This document shows, piece after piece, positions 26,784 to 35,137 of a DNA stretch of 35,137 nucleotides. The stretch is from assembly GCA_964496415.1 (NCBI GenBank), contig CAZBZN010000004.1:1-35137 (forward strand), given 5' to 3'. Within the stretch, counting starts at the first letter, position 1, and the number at the start of each line of letters is the position of its first letter. A program made the position numbers and the translations under genes. The notes under the pieces are model-generated. The model saw only the letters and a program-made list of their open reading frames with translations, did not search any database and was not told the origin of the DNA. The stretch comes from Candidatus Micrarchaeota archaeon. GTDB lineage: Archaea; B1Sed10-29; JAJRYS01.

Positions 26784-27860
26784 ATGAGTGAAAAGAGCAG
26801 AGAAGAATACGAATTTAAGAAACTAGTAAAGTTCCTTAAAAAGCAAAAAGGGCAGGGAACAGAATTAATTAGTGTTTACATTCCTCCAGGTTCTAATGTC
26901 AACGAAGTCACTGCAAGACTTCGAGATGAATACGGTCAAGCAATGAACATAAAATCAAAGCAAACAAGAAAAAATGTACAAGCAGCAATTGATAAAATTA
27001 TTGGAGTGCTTAAAGGAGTTCACAAGCCACCTGAAAAAGGAGCAGCAATATTCTGCGGAAACATAAATGGAAAAATAGAATTATACATAGTAAATAATCC
27101 CCCAGAAGACATACCAATCTCATTATATCGGTGTGATTCAACTTTTTACATTGAACCATTAGAAGACATGCTTGAAAAAAAAGACACTTACGGATTGTTT
27201 GTATTAGATAGGAGGGAAGCTACTTTTGCATTCCTGAAAGGAAAAAAGATAATAATAGTGAAAAAACTTACTTCAACAGTGCCTGGAAAACATCATAAAG
27301 GAGGTCAGTCAGCGAGAAGGTTTGAAAGACTGATTGAAGGCGCTGTTCATGACTTTTATAAAGAAATAGGAGAAACAGCTAACTCATTATTTTCAGACCC
27401 AAAAGTAAAAGCAATAATAGTAGGAGGCCCTGGACCAACCAAGCATGACTTCCTAAAAGGAGATTACTTGTTCAACAACGTCAAAGAAAAAATAGCTGGA
27501 ATAATTGACACAAGTTACACTGACGAATTCGGGATAAGAGAATTAGCTAACAAAGCAGGTGAAGTAATAAAAGAGCTTGAAATAAACAAGGAAAAAGAAT
27601 TAGTTGACAAGTTTGTAAAAGAAGCAGTAACTGGTGGATTAGCTACTTATGGTGAAAAAGAAGTTAAGGAAGCCTTGCTTGAAGGAAAAGTAGAAACCCT
27701 TTTACTTTCAGAAAGCTTAGATGATGAAAAAATAGAAGAATTAAGCGAACTAGCAGAGCAAATGGGGTCAAAAGTTGAGATGATTTCAGAAGACACTGTT
27801 GAAGGAGAACAGTTCAAAGTAGCTTTTGGCGGAATAGGAGCCTTGTTAAGGTTCAAGTAA
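26784..27860 (+). CDS. prf1: Peptide chain release factor aRF1
   Basis: GTELISVYIP, NIKS, YRCDS, GGQS, GGPGPTK, YGEKEV, FGGIGALLRF; GTG 26775 is an alternative start. Confidence 0.97.
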   Translation: MSEKSREEYEFKKLVKFLKKQKGQGTELISVYIPPGSNVNEVTARLRDEYGQAMNIKSKQTRKNVQAAIDKIIGVLKGVHKPPEKGAAIFCGNINGKIELYIVNNPPEDIPISLYRCDSTFYIEPLEDMLEKKDTYGLFVLDRREATFAFLKGKKIIIVKKLTSTVPGKHHKGGQSARRFERLIEGAVHDFYKEIGETANSLFSDPKVKAIIVGGPGPTKHDFLKGDYLFNNVKEKIAGIIDTSYTDEFGIRELANKAGEVIKELEINKEKELVDKFVKEAVTGGLATYGEKEVKEALLEGKVETLLLSESLDDEKIEELSELAEQMGSKVEMISEDTVEGEQFKVAFGGIGALLRFK

Positions 27861-28514
27861 GCCTGCTTCTTTAAAACTGAAGTAACCATCACCAATAATC
27901 ACATGATCAACAACTTTTATCCCAATAATCTCACCTGCTTTAACCATTCTTTTAGTTAAAGAAATATCCTCTTTGCTCGGTGTTTCATCTCCTGAAGGAT
28001 GATTATGAATTAATATCAGTCCTGCTGCTGATTTTTCAATAGCTTTCCTGAAGACTTCCCGGGGGTGAGCTATAGCAAGATCCATGCTTCCAACAGATAT
28101 TCTTTCAATTGAAATCATCTTTCTGGCATTGTTCAGCAACAACGCAAAAAAACATTCTTTATCAAGCTTACGGAACTGTGAACCGAAAAATTCAACAACA
28201 TCTTCAGGACAGTTGATCTTACAAGAGTATGCTCTTTCATTATTGACTCTACTTGCTAACTCAAAACAAGCGACTATCTTAGCAGCTTTAGCTACTCCAA
28301 TACCTTTAACTTTTAGCAGTTCATCAGCACTCATTCTTGAAAGTCTTATTAATCCAAAACCAGCAAGCTTTTCAGCTATCCTTAACACGCTTAAGTTATT
28401 GGAACCATTTGACAGTATAACTGCAAGAAGTTCAATGTTGCTTAAAGCTTCTGGACCGTATTGAAATAATCTTTCTCTTGGCCTTTGAAAAAGAGGAAGG
28501 TCAGTAACTTTCAT
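27846..28514 (-). CDS. radC: RadC (UPF0758) JAB-domain protein
   Basis: RPRERL, ELLAVIL, HhH VKGIGVAKA, HPREVF, HNHPSGDETPSKED, DHVIIG. Confidence 0.95.
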   Translation of the reverse strand: MKVTDLPLFQRPRERLFQYGPEALSNIELLAVILSNGSNNLSVLRIAEKLAGFGLIRLSRMSADELLKVKGIGVAKAAKIVACFELASRVNNERAYSCKINCPEDVVEFFGSQFRKLDKECFFALLLNNARKMISIERISVGSMDLAIAHPREVFRKAIEKSAAGLILIHNHPSGDETPSKEDISLTKRMVKAGEIIGIKVVDHVIIGDGYFSFKEAGLLEP

Positions 28515-28566
28515 GAAAGCAAATAAGGTATTATCATAAATTTAAAACCTGACAAAACCGTGTCAA

Positions 28567-28839
28567 CTAAGAACTGGATTTATTCCGTTTCTTCAGAATT
28601 TGGTAGATTTCTTTTCCTTTTTTGGTGTACTTATAAACTCTTCCTTTCCTAAGTTCTGAATTCACGCATCTGACTAATCCTAATTCTTCAAGTTCTTTTA
28701 TCATCTTGCTCACGTTAGAACTAGCCAAACCTGTTTCTCTGCTTACTTCACTTGGCATCTTACCATCATAAAGAGAATAAAACACCTTGCGTCTGTTTTT
28801 GCTTGACAAAAGTTTTCCGATTGTCTTCCAATCACTCAT
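28567..28839 (-). CDS. Winged helix-turn-helix transcriptional regulator
   Basis: SSKNRRKV, MPSEVSRETGLASSNVSKMIKELEELGLVRC, RKGRVYKYTKKG. Confidence 0.88.
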   Translation of the reverse strand: MSDWKTIGKLLSSKNRRKVFYSLYDGKMPSEVSRETGLASSNVSKMIKELEELGLVRCVNSELRKGRVYKYTKKGKEIYQILKKRNKSSS

Positions 28840-28859
28840 GCCTTAAATTTATAAGGCAT
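28838..28859. promoter_or_regulatory. Perfect palindrome ATGCCTTA-N6-TAAGGCAT over the wHTH start codon, probable operator
   Basis: 8-6-8 inverted repeat seen directly. Confidence 0.6.
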
Positions 28860-28923
28860 TTTAATATTATAATATCTATAAAATAAATATAAATTAGCTA
28901 TAAAATTGTTTAAAGGTGAGTTA

Positions 28924-29037
28924 ATGGAAAATGACTTGCTGATAATAGAAAAAAGAAAAGCAGACAGCTTAGAAGAACTCGTAACCACTCTCAAAGAAAT
29001 CAAACAATTACTAAAAAGAATCAGTTCAAGACTCTAA
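28924..29037 (+). CDS. Small hypothetical protein (37 aa), not in ORF track
   Basis: MENDLLIIEKRKADSLEELVTTLKEIKQLLKRISSRL; strong SD AAGGTGAG just upstream; amphipathic helical pattern. Confidence 0.6.
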   Translation: MENDLLIIEKRKADSLEELVTTLKEIKQLLKRISSRL

Positions 29038-29069
29038 AAAATAAAAACACAAAAGAGCATAACAAAAGC

Positions 29070-30152
29070 ATGTATGAGATAAAAAAAACAGCTGAAGATT
29101 TCATTGTGGAAGAAATTACCCCAGAAGGTGAAATTCTTGAAGTTGGAAAAGAATACAAGTTTAAAGGAGGAAAAGGAAAACATTTAGTCTGCGTGCTAAT
29201 CAAAAAAGACTGGGACCAAAACCTAGTGCTTAAAAAAATAGCAAGAAATCTTAGAATATCAAAAAAAAGAATAAGATACGCTGGAATGAAAGACAAAAAA
29301 GCAATAACAAGCCAGAGAATATCAATCTTTGCGATAACTCCAGAAGAAGTGGAAAAAATAAGAATAAAAGACGTAAAAATATTTCCAATAAATTATTCAA
29401 CAGAAGGTCTGAAGTTAGGGGACTTAAAAGGAAACAGATTCACGATTAAAGTCTTTTCAGACAACCCGCCAAGAAAAATAAAAAGAATACCTAATTTTTT
29501 TGGAATTCAAAGATTCGGGGATAAAAGAGCAACCAGCCACCTTATTGGAAAAGAAATAATCAAGGGGAACTTCAAGAAGGCAGTAGAAATAATGCTCACT
29601 TATTACTCTGAAAAAGAAAAACCTGAAGCAAGAGAAGCAAGGAAAAGGCTTGCTGAAGAAAAAGACTACAAAAAAGCCCTTGAGTACTTTCCAAAATACT
29701 TGAAGTTTGAAAGAAGCATGCTGGCACACTTAAGCAAATACCCTAATGATTACGTTGGAGCGTTAAGAACCCTGCCAAAAATGCTTAGAATAATGTTTGT
29801 CCACGCTTACCAGGCTTACTTATTCAACAAGTTTCTCAAAAAAGTCATAGAACTAAACTTGCCGTATGAAGAAGGGCCCTTATACGGTTACGAACTGAAC
29901 TTAAAAAACAAACTAGAAGAAGAAATACTAAAACAAGAGGGACTGACTCTCTCACAGTTTAAAGTAAATTCAATGCCTGAAATGAGCACTAAAGGCAAAA
30001 GAAGAAAACTCTTTATTGAACTAAAAGACCTTGAAATAAAAAAAGAAAATAAAAAAGAGTATTTAGTCAGGTTCTCGCTTCCAAAAGGAAGTTACGCCAC
30101 AATAGTCATATCAGCTTTATTTGGAGACATCCTTGATGAAGTGATCGCATAA
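29070..30152 (+). CDS. truD: tRNA pseudouridine(13) synthase TruD
   Basis: EDFIVEEI, YAGMKDKKAITSQRIS, GDLKGNRFTI, PNFFGIQRFG, HAYQAYLFN, FSLPKGSYAT. Confidence 0.96.
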   Translation: MYEIKKTAEDFIVEEITPEGEILEVGKEYKFKGGKGKHLVCVLIKKDWDQNLVLKKIARNLRISKKRIRYAGMKDKKAITSQRISIFAITPEEVEKIRIKDVKIFPINYSTEGLKLGDLKGNRFTIKVFSDNPPRKIKRIPNFFGIQRFGDKRATSHLIGKEIIKGNFKKAVEIMLTYYSEKEKPEAREARKRLAEEKDYKKALEYFPKYLKFERSMLAHLSKYPNDYVGALRTLPKMLRIMFVHAYQAYLFNKFLKKVIELNLPYEEGPLYGYELNLKNKLEEEILKQEGLTLSQFKVNSMPEMSTKGKRRKLFIELKDLEIKKENKKEYLVRFSLPKGSYATIVISALFGDILDEVIA

Positions 30153-31607
30153 ATCAAAAGGAACTGCTTTTCCAGAATAGTCAACTTTAAAAACAAACTT
30201 ATCTCCTGACGAAAAAACTTTTTCAAAATAAGGATATCTGGAAAGATAGCTAAACCCAGTGCAATACTTCTTGTTGATAAGAGGATAATAAATGTACTTG
30301 ACATTATACTTTCTAAGAACTTTTAAAGCTTCATCCACGTCAGAGCCTTCCATTACTTTAAGCATGGAATAATACCTATCATCAACATCCGGGGCAAACT
30401 CAGCGTAAGCATCAATCACATTCTTTCTCTGAGCTATCCCAGTAATCCAATGCCCATCCTGCCAATAACCCATTACAACACTATCTTCAGGAGTATTTTC
30501 TCTAATCCAAAGCATGGCACTATAATCAGCAGGTGAAGGTGGGAAATACATTAAAGAACCAGCAGCAAGCAACCCAGCTAACGCTGAATAAAATAAGAAA
30601 CCAGCAAGCCAGAAGTGATTGTTTTTAACAAAATCAGTCAAATGGAAAGTGTCAGTAAACTCACTCCATAAAGAAATCACTGTCTTCGCAGCAAGCATTG
30701 CAACTGGAAACAACATCATCTCATTCAAACGATTCCCAACAATCATAGAAGCAGCAATGGACAAAAACAACCAAAGCTTAAGAAAATTAACACCCTTAGT
30801 TTTTAACTTTAAAGCAGAATAAAGAGCTGCAATAATTGTCAAAGCACCAATAGAGTCACTCACTACAGCAGCTTCAAAAACAAAATACTGCACTCCTGAC
30901 CTTAACTCAATATACTCATGATAAAAGTCAAGCTGTGGAGGGATTCCATTAAACAACAATAAAGGAAGCAACCAAGCAATAACAAAAATACTGCCTCCTA
31001 AAACCAATGGAACTAACACATCATTAATTCTTCTAATGAAAAGAATTAAACCAAAAAGAGCACCAATAAAAGCAGCAAAAGGATGAGTGAGTAAAGCAAA
31101 CATAAAGGTAATAGAAGCCAGATACTCATAATGAGGGTTGTTTTCTGCTTTTTTAATTAAGAAAAAAGTTAAGATCATAAGCAAAAGAGCAGGCATCCTT
31201 GGATTAAGATGGCCTGAAAGATAGACATAACCTGGAATCAGCCCAAGAATACCTGAAGCAGTTAAAGCCTCTTCATCATTAAATCCTAATTCTCTTGCAA
31301 AATAATAACAAAGCACTAAACCCAAAGCGCCGATAAAAGGAAGTAAAAATTCCTTAACAGAAAGAAAACCTGCTAAAAGCAAGTGAAATCCAGGAGGATA
31401 AGTATAAGGCCTCCCGCCAAAAGACAATGGGTCAAAAAGCTGGCCCTTCAAAAGCATTTCAGCCATCCTAACATGAAAATAAGTAGTAGTACCAATCATG
31501 CTGTCAGAATAAGCAAATTTTCTAACCTGCTGCGGAGCTGAAAAAAACAAAAAGAAGAATACAAAAACCAATAATAATCTAAGTCTTGCTTTGTTCACTT
31601 CATTCAC
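30117..31607 (-). CDS. GT-C fold membrane glycosyltransferase, STT3/AglB-like (short)
   Basis: YFHVRMAE, YPPGFH, many TM helices, WIRENTPEDSVVMGYWQDGHWI (WWDYG-like), LRKYNVKYIY. Confidence 0.7.
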   Translation of the reverse strand: MNEVNKARLRLLLVFVFFFLFFSAPQQVRKFAYSDSMIGTTTYFHVRMAEMLLKGQLFDPLSFGGRPYTYPPGFHLLLAGFLSVKEFLLPFIGALGLVLCYYFARELGFNDEEALTASGILGLIPGYVYLSGHLNPRMPALLLMILTFFLIKKAENNPHYEYLASITFMFALLTHPFAAFIGALFGLILFIRRINDVLVPLVLGGSIFVIAWLLPLLLFNGIPPQLDFYHEYIELRSGVQYFVFEAAVVSDSIGALTIIAALYSALKLKTKGVNFLKLWLFLSIAASMIVGNRLNEMMLFPVAMLAAKTVISLWSEFTDTFHLTDFVKNNHFWLAGFLFYSALAGLLAAGSLMYFPPSPADYSAMLWIRENTPEDSVVMGYWQDGHWITGIAQRKNVIDAYAEFAPDVDDRYYSMLKVMEGSDVDEALKVLRKYNVKYIYYPLINKKYCTGFSYLSRYPYFEKVFSSGDKFVFKVDYSGKAVPFDLCDHFIKDVSK

Positions 31608-32974
31608 CTTACTTTAAAAATGCTTGTCTCCTTAGAGCAATAATCACCCCAACACTCAAAAGCGACATATGTTTTATTCACTTCCAAGTATTTTAATAAT
31701 TCTGCGCCCCAGTCATTAGATGAAAAAACAACAAAATCAAAATCCCCCTCATCAATTACACTTTTCATCTGTTCTGGTTTGTTAGTCCAAAAAAACCTTT
31801 CATAATCATAAACTCTTGAATCATTAAAACTCTCAAAACCAAGGTCAAGAACACAATTAGCTTCTGTAAGAGTAAGCATTGTAGCGCAAAAATCATGGTC
31901 AGAGAGAACTTTTACTCTCGAGTCATTAAGAAAAGTCATAGCATAAAAATCCTGTTCTCTTAACACTGGATGAAAAGCCTGTGAAGAATAAAGAACAACA
32001 GAATAACCTAAAAAGCTTAAAATAAAACAGAAGAAAGCAAGAAGTTTTAGCCAGTCACTTCTTTTTAACCTTGAAAAAACAGTACCTGCCAAAAAACTCG
32101 CCCCAAATGCTGAAAAGACATCATGCCTCCAAGGATGATGAACAGAAGTAAAAAAAGCACCGCAAAACAAGGCAAAAAAGAACAAAGCCCAAAAAAACCA
32201 AAACTTTTCAAAAATCTTCTTAGGTTTTGAAACAAAAATAACCGAAAGCACAGAAGCAACTAAAAAAGGGTTAAGGAAAGCCATAATATTTAAAGTCTTT
32301 GAAACAAAATAAGCTCCAATCACATTATTTAAACCACCTGCTCTTGGAAGATACCAAAACAAAGAAAAGATAATTGGAAAAGAAAGAATTTTCCAAGAAT
32401 CCTTGAACTTAGTAAAGATAGTAAAAACAAGAATAGCAAAAGTAAAAAACAATGCTGAAAAAGGATTAAACAAAAACATTAACCCTAAGAAAAAACTTGA
32501 AAAATAAAACTTGTCTTTCAACAAGTAAAAAACAGCAGGAAGTAAGAAAAAAAGATTAATCACTTGAGGAGAGTCATAACTCACATTTATTAAAAATGGA
32601 TTAACTGCTATAAAAAAAGCAGTAAGCAAGGAAGCTTGGTCATTATAAAACTTTCTCACAAAAAAGAACGAAGCTAAAGGAAGCAAAGAAGATAATACTG
32701 GCAGTGTAAACCGAACCGCTTGATAAAGACCCCCTGTAAAAAAGGAAACAAGAATCAAAATAAAATGATATCCTGGAGGATAGAGTAATGGCCTGTCTTC
32801 AGGCCAAGGCTGAGTCAAAGGAACGCTTGAACTTGACTTTATCAATTCTGCTACTCTCAAATGATAATAAGAATCATACTTTAAAAGCCTTTGATTTTGA
32901 AAAACAGGATAAAGCCTAAGGAAAAAGCCTGTTGCTAAAATTACAATTAACACAGCAATAGTCTCTTTTTTCAT
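31604..32974 (-). CDS. GT-C fold membrane glycosyltransferase, STT3/AglB-like paralog
   Basis: FFLRLYP, YDSYYHLRVAE, YPPGYH, many TM helices, soluble C-terminal domain. Confidence 0.65.
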   Translation of the reverse strand: MKKETIAVLIVILATGFFLRLYPVFQNQRLLKYDSYYHLRVAELIKSSSSVPLTQPWPEDRPLLYPPGYHFILILVSFFTGGLYQAVRFTLPVLSSLLPLASFFFVRKFYNDQASLLTAFFIAVNPFLINVSYDSPQVINLFFLLPAVFYLLKDKFYFSSFFLGLMFLFNPFSALFFTFAILVFTIFTKFKDSWKILSFPIIFSLFWYLPRAGGLNNVIGAYFVSKTLNIMAFLNPFLVASVLSVIFVSKPKKIFEKFWFFWALFFFALFCGAFFTSVHHPWRHDVFSAFGASFLAGTVFSRLKRSDWLKLLAFFCFILSFLGYSVVLYSSQAFHPVLREQDFYAMTFLNDSRVKVLSDHDFCATMLTLTEANCVLDLGFESFNDSRVYDYERFFWTNKPEQMKSVIDEGDFDFVVFSSNDWGAELLKYLEVNKTYVAFECWGDYCSKETSIFKVR

Positions 32975-33321
32975 CAGTTCACCTTTAAAATTAATTCATA
33001 AGGCTTGTTTAAACCACCATAACCATCAAACCTCTTATCACCAAAAACCAAAAACTTAACCACACTTCCATTCTCAGCTTTAACTGAAAACTTCTGATAA
33101 CTACGCAAAACCCCCTTCTCAACAACTAATCCATCCACGGCCAAAGAGTAATTCATCACACCAGCGCTACGGTTCTTAAAAACCACTGAAAAAGAAAGAA
33201 AGCCATTTGAGTAACTTACATTGCTAAAATATACTTCATTAGGCTCCTCAGAATTATGCTTATAATGAATCAAAGGAACTAACAGGAAAATAAAACACAA
33301 CGCCAAGATTAACTTTCTCAT
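32974..33321 (-). CDS. Small exported protein
   Basis: N-terminal signal/anchor, beta-rich; sequons NVS, NRS, NYS, NGS. Confidence 0.65.
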   Translation of the reverse strand: MRKLILALCFIFLLVPLIHYKHNSEEPNEVYFSNVSYSNGFLSFSVVFKNRSAGVMNYSLAVDGLVVEKGVLRSYQKFSVKAENGSVVKFLVFGDKRFDGYGGLNKPYELILKVN

Positions 33322-33983
33322 ACTCTCCTCACCAAAACCAACTTCACCAAAAACGCTATAATCAAAGCACTTTGCCTCCAGCCAAGCTTGTTAAACTTGA
33401 ACGCTTTTTTCTCATGATACTTAACTCTTTCAGGAAACCAACAGTACTTAAGCTTATTTTTTACTGCTTTAAACCTTATCTCACACTCGATATTAAACCT
33501 ATCTTCTTTAAGACGCAAGTTTAAAAACTTCCTCTTATCAGCACCCATAAAACCAGACAAAGGATCTCTTATAATCCTCCCAGTAGCTAAAAACAAAGCA
33601 AGAGTAGTTAACACATTATTAACTCTCCTAGGCCAAGGAATAACCCCTAAATCCCTAACCCCAAAAACCAAATCACATCCACTTTCAAGCAAAGCAACTG
33701 CTTTTTTAACATCCTCAACATAAAGCTGGTCATCCCCTTCAAAAAAAACCACGTAATCATAAGAAGCTCTTGAAGCACCATACCTCATTGCATAACCTTT
33801 GCCTTTATTCTCACCATAACTAACTACCTTAGCATGCCTTTCAGCAATAACTGCCGTCTTATCAGTAGAGCCATCATCAACAACTATTATCTCACCTACT
33901 TCTTTTAGTTTTTTCAATTTCCTTAAAACCTTTTCAATATGTTTTTCTTCATTATACGCTGGAATTACAATACTTACTTTCAT
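33318..33983 (-). CDS. Family 2 glycosyltransferase (DPM1-like, polyprenol-phosphate sugar synthase)
   Basis: VSIVIPAYNEE, IIVVDDGSTDKT, NKGKGYA, EGD at the DxD position, DPLSGF, FNIECE. Confidence 0.92.
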   Translation of the reverse strand: MKVSIVIPAYNEEKHIEKVLRKLKKLKEVGEIIVVDDGSTDKTAVIAERHAKVVSYGENKGKGYAMRYGASRASYDYVVFFEGDDQLYVEDVKKAVALLESGCDLVFGVRDLGVIPWPRRVNNVLTTLALFLATGRIIRDPLSGFMGADKRKFLNLRLKEDRFNIECEIRFKAVKNKLKYCWFPERVKYHEKKAFKFNKLGWRQSALIIAFLVKLVLVRRV

Positions 33984-33985
33984 TT

Positions 33986-34855
33986 TTAATCACGGGTGAA
34001 AAGCATTCCAATAATTGCAGGCACCCACATTCTAATAATGCTCCAGTTAATTAAAAACAATGCTATTATTTTCTTCTGTACTGAAAAAAAACCCATTGAC
34101 ATGACAAGAGCACCACTTGCCTCTACAAATCCAATTCCTTGAGGAGTAATTGGAACCAAAGAAAAACTATGCATTACAGAACCAAGAATGAGAACATGAT
34201 CCAAAAGCAACGGTTGGCTTACGCTTAACAAGCAAAACCACACTGCCAAGAACTCAAAAAAAGCAGAAGCCAGAAGCAGTAAAAACACTTTAAAACCATT
34301 ACCAAAGTTAAGTTGGTGTACTGTCTTAATACAAGCAGTTCTAAGCTTAAAAAACCATGAAAATCTTTCAAAAGCTTTTCCAAAAGGAAGTAGTAAAAAC
34401 AATACAAAGGCAATGATTAAAAGCAAGCTGAAAAAAGTAGTTAAAATGAAAAACAAGGAATTAGTTTTAAAATCAGAAGACTTAAAAGCAAGAATACTCA
34501 CTGAAACTAGCAAGAAAAAAATCATGATAAATGCTTTAAAAAACCTTGTAACCATAGCTGACCCTATTGCTTCAGAAGCACTAAGCTTTCTTTTCCTTAA
34601 CTCCTGCGCTCTTGACAAGTCAACTCCAATCCCTGCTGGAAGAATAAAACCTTTCAAAGAAGAAAAAAACACTCTCAAACCAACTTTTCTTCCCATGACT
34701 CTCTCCCAAGAAACAAACCAAAGGAAAGTAGAAAATAAAAAAGCAAGAGCGCCTGCAAGCAAGTAAACAAACTTAATCCTGAAAAACATATCCTTAGAAT
34801 AAAAACCCAGACCTATCACTAAAAGCAACGCAAGAAGAAAACCCTTAAGCTTCAT
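33986..34855 (-). CDS. UPF0104/flippase-like membrane protein
   Basis: Multi-TM; ILPAGIGVDLSR, VPITPQGIGFVE; ATG 34855 overlaps the upstream TGA. Confidence 0.75.
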   Translation of the reverse strand: MKLKGFLLALLLVIGLGFYSKDMFFRIKFVYLLAGALAFLFSTFLWFVSWERVMGRKVGLRVFFSSLKGFILPAGIGVDLSRAQELRKRKLSASEAIGSAMVTRFFKAFIMIFFLLVSVSILAFKSSDFKTNSLFFILTTFFSLLLIIAFVLFLLLPFGKAFERFSWFFKLRTACIKTVHQLNFGNGFKVFLLLLASAFFEFLAVWFCLLSVSQPLLLDHVLILGSVMHSFSLVPITPQGIGFVEASGALVMSMGFFSVQKKIIALFLINWSIIRMWVPAIIGMLFTRD

Positions 34856-35136
34856 TTCAACCACTCATGAAGGACATTAACCATGCCAACCAAGTGCTTT
34901 CCACTCACAGCTTCAACAACAAGCTTGTTTCCTTCAAGAACAGCTTTAGTCTTTAAAGAACCAGGATACTTAAGCACTATTACAAAGTAATCATGAGGAG
35001 GATTCTCCTCTAAGCTAAGGCAATAAGAAACTTCTCTGACAGGGCAAAGAGAATGATTACTAACATTACTTCCTTGAGAAAGATTAACACACTCGTAACA
35101 AGTAACTGGAACAGAATCATTCAAACCAATACCAAT
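34852..35136 (-). CDS. Hypothetical (likely extracellular) protein, 5' truncated by window edge
   Basis: Frame open to the window end; four Cys; sequons NDS, NLS, NVS, NHS; ATGA overlap with the next gene. Confidence 0.65.
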   Translation of the reverse strand: MGIGLNDSVPVTCYECVNLSQGSNVSNHSLCPVREVSYCLSLEENPPHDYFVIVLKYPGSLKTKAVLEGNKLVVEAVSGKHLVGMVNVLHEWLK

Positions 35137-35137
35137 A

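Noticed and set aside
726..34766. Numerous antisense or nested ORFs in the track (e.g. 3769-4254, 4956-5237, 12484-12876, 20881-21351, 28084-28464, 34413-34766)
   Set aside because: Shadows of confidently identified genes, with Ser/Phe/Leu-rich composition typical of antisense frames

Overview
AT-rich archaeal chromosomal window with a GGTGA/GGAGG-type Shine-Dalgarno and many compact proteins; a DPANN-like lineage is my inference. Most genes are housekeeping: scpB (partial), a CpaF/VirB11 ATPase, trm1, rnhB, thermosome, valS-ileS, proS, mpg, aIF5A, a tatD-NYN-DUF2226-roadblock-like-minD-Lsm operon, TrmB, a surface protein, a beta-CASP nuclease, a KaiC-like ATPase, dph2, pyrH, aRF1, radC, truD and a glycosylation cluster. 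There is also a RelE/RHH toxin-antitoxin pair and two tRNAs. The most notable signals are non-coding and absent from the ORF track. (1) An 11-codon Val/Ile-rich leader peptide (MTRVILIRVVA) with mutually exclusive hairpins lies directly upstream of valS-ileS, a candidate ribosome-mediated attenuator in an archaeon. (2) tRNA-Arg(CCT) carries two non-canonical introns. (3) A candidate C/D-box sRNA has covarying non-consensus boxes. (4) There are structured repeats beside tRNA-Ile and ORB-like repeats between aIF5A and mpg. All calls come from manual motif recognition; no searches or folding computations were run.
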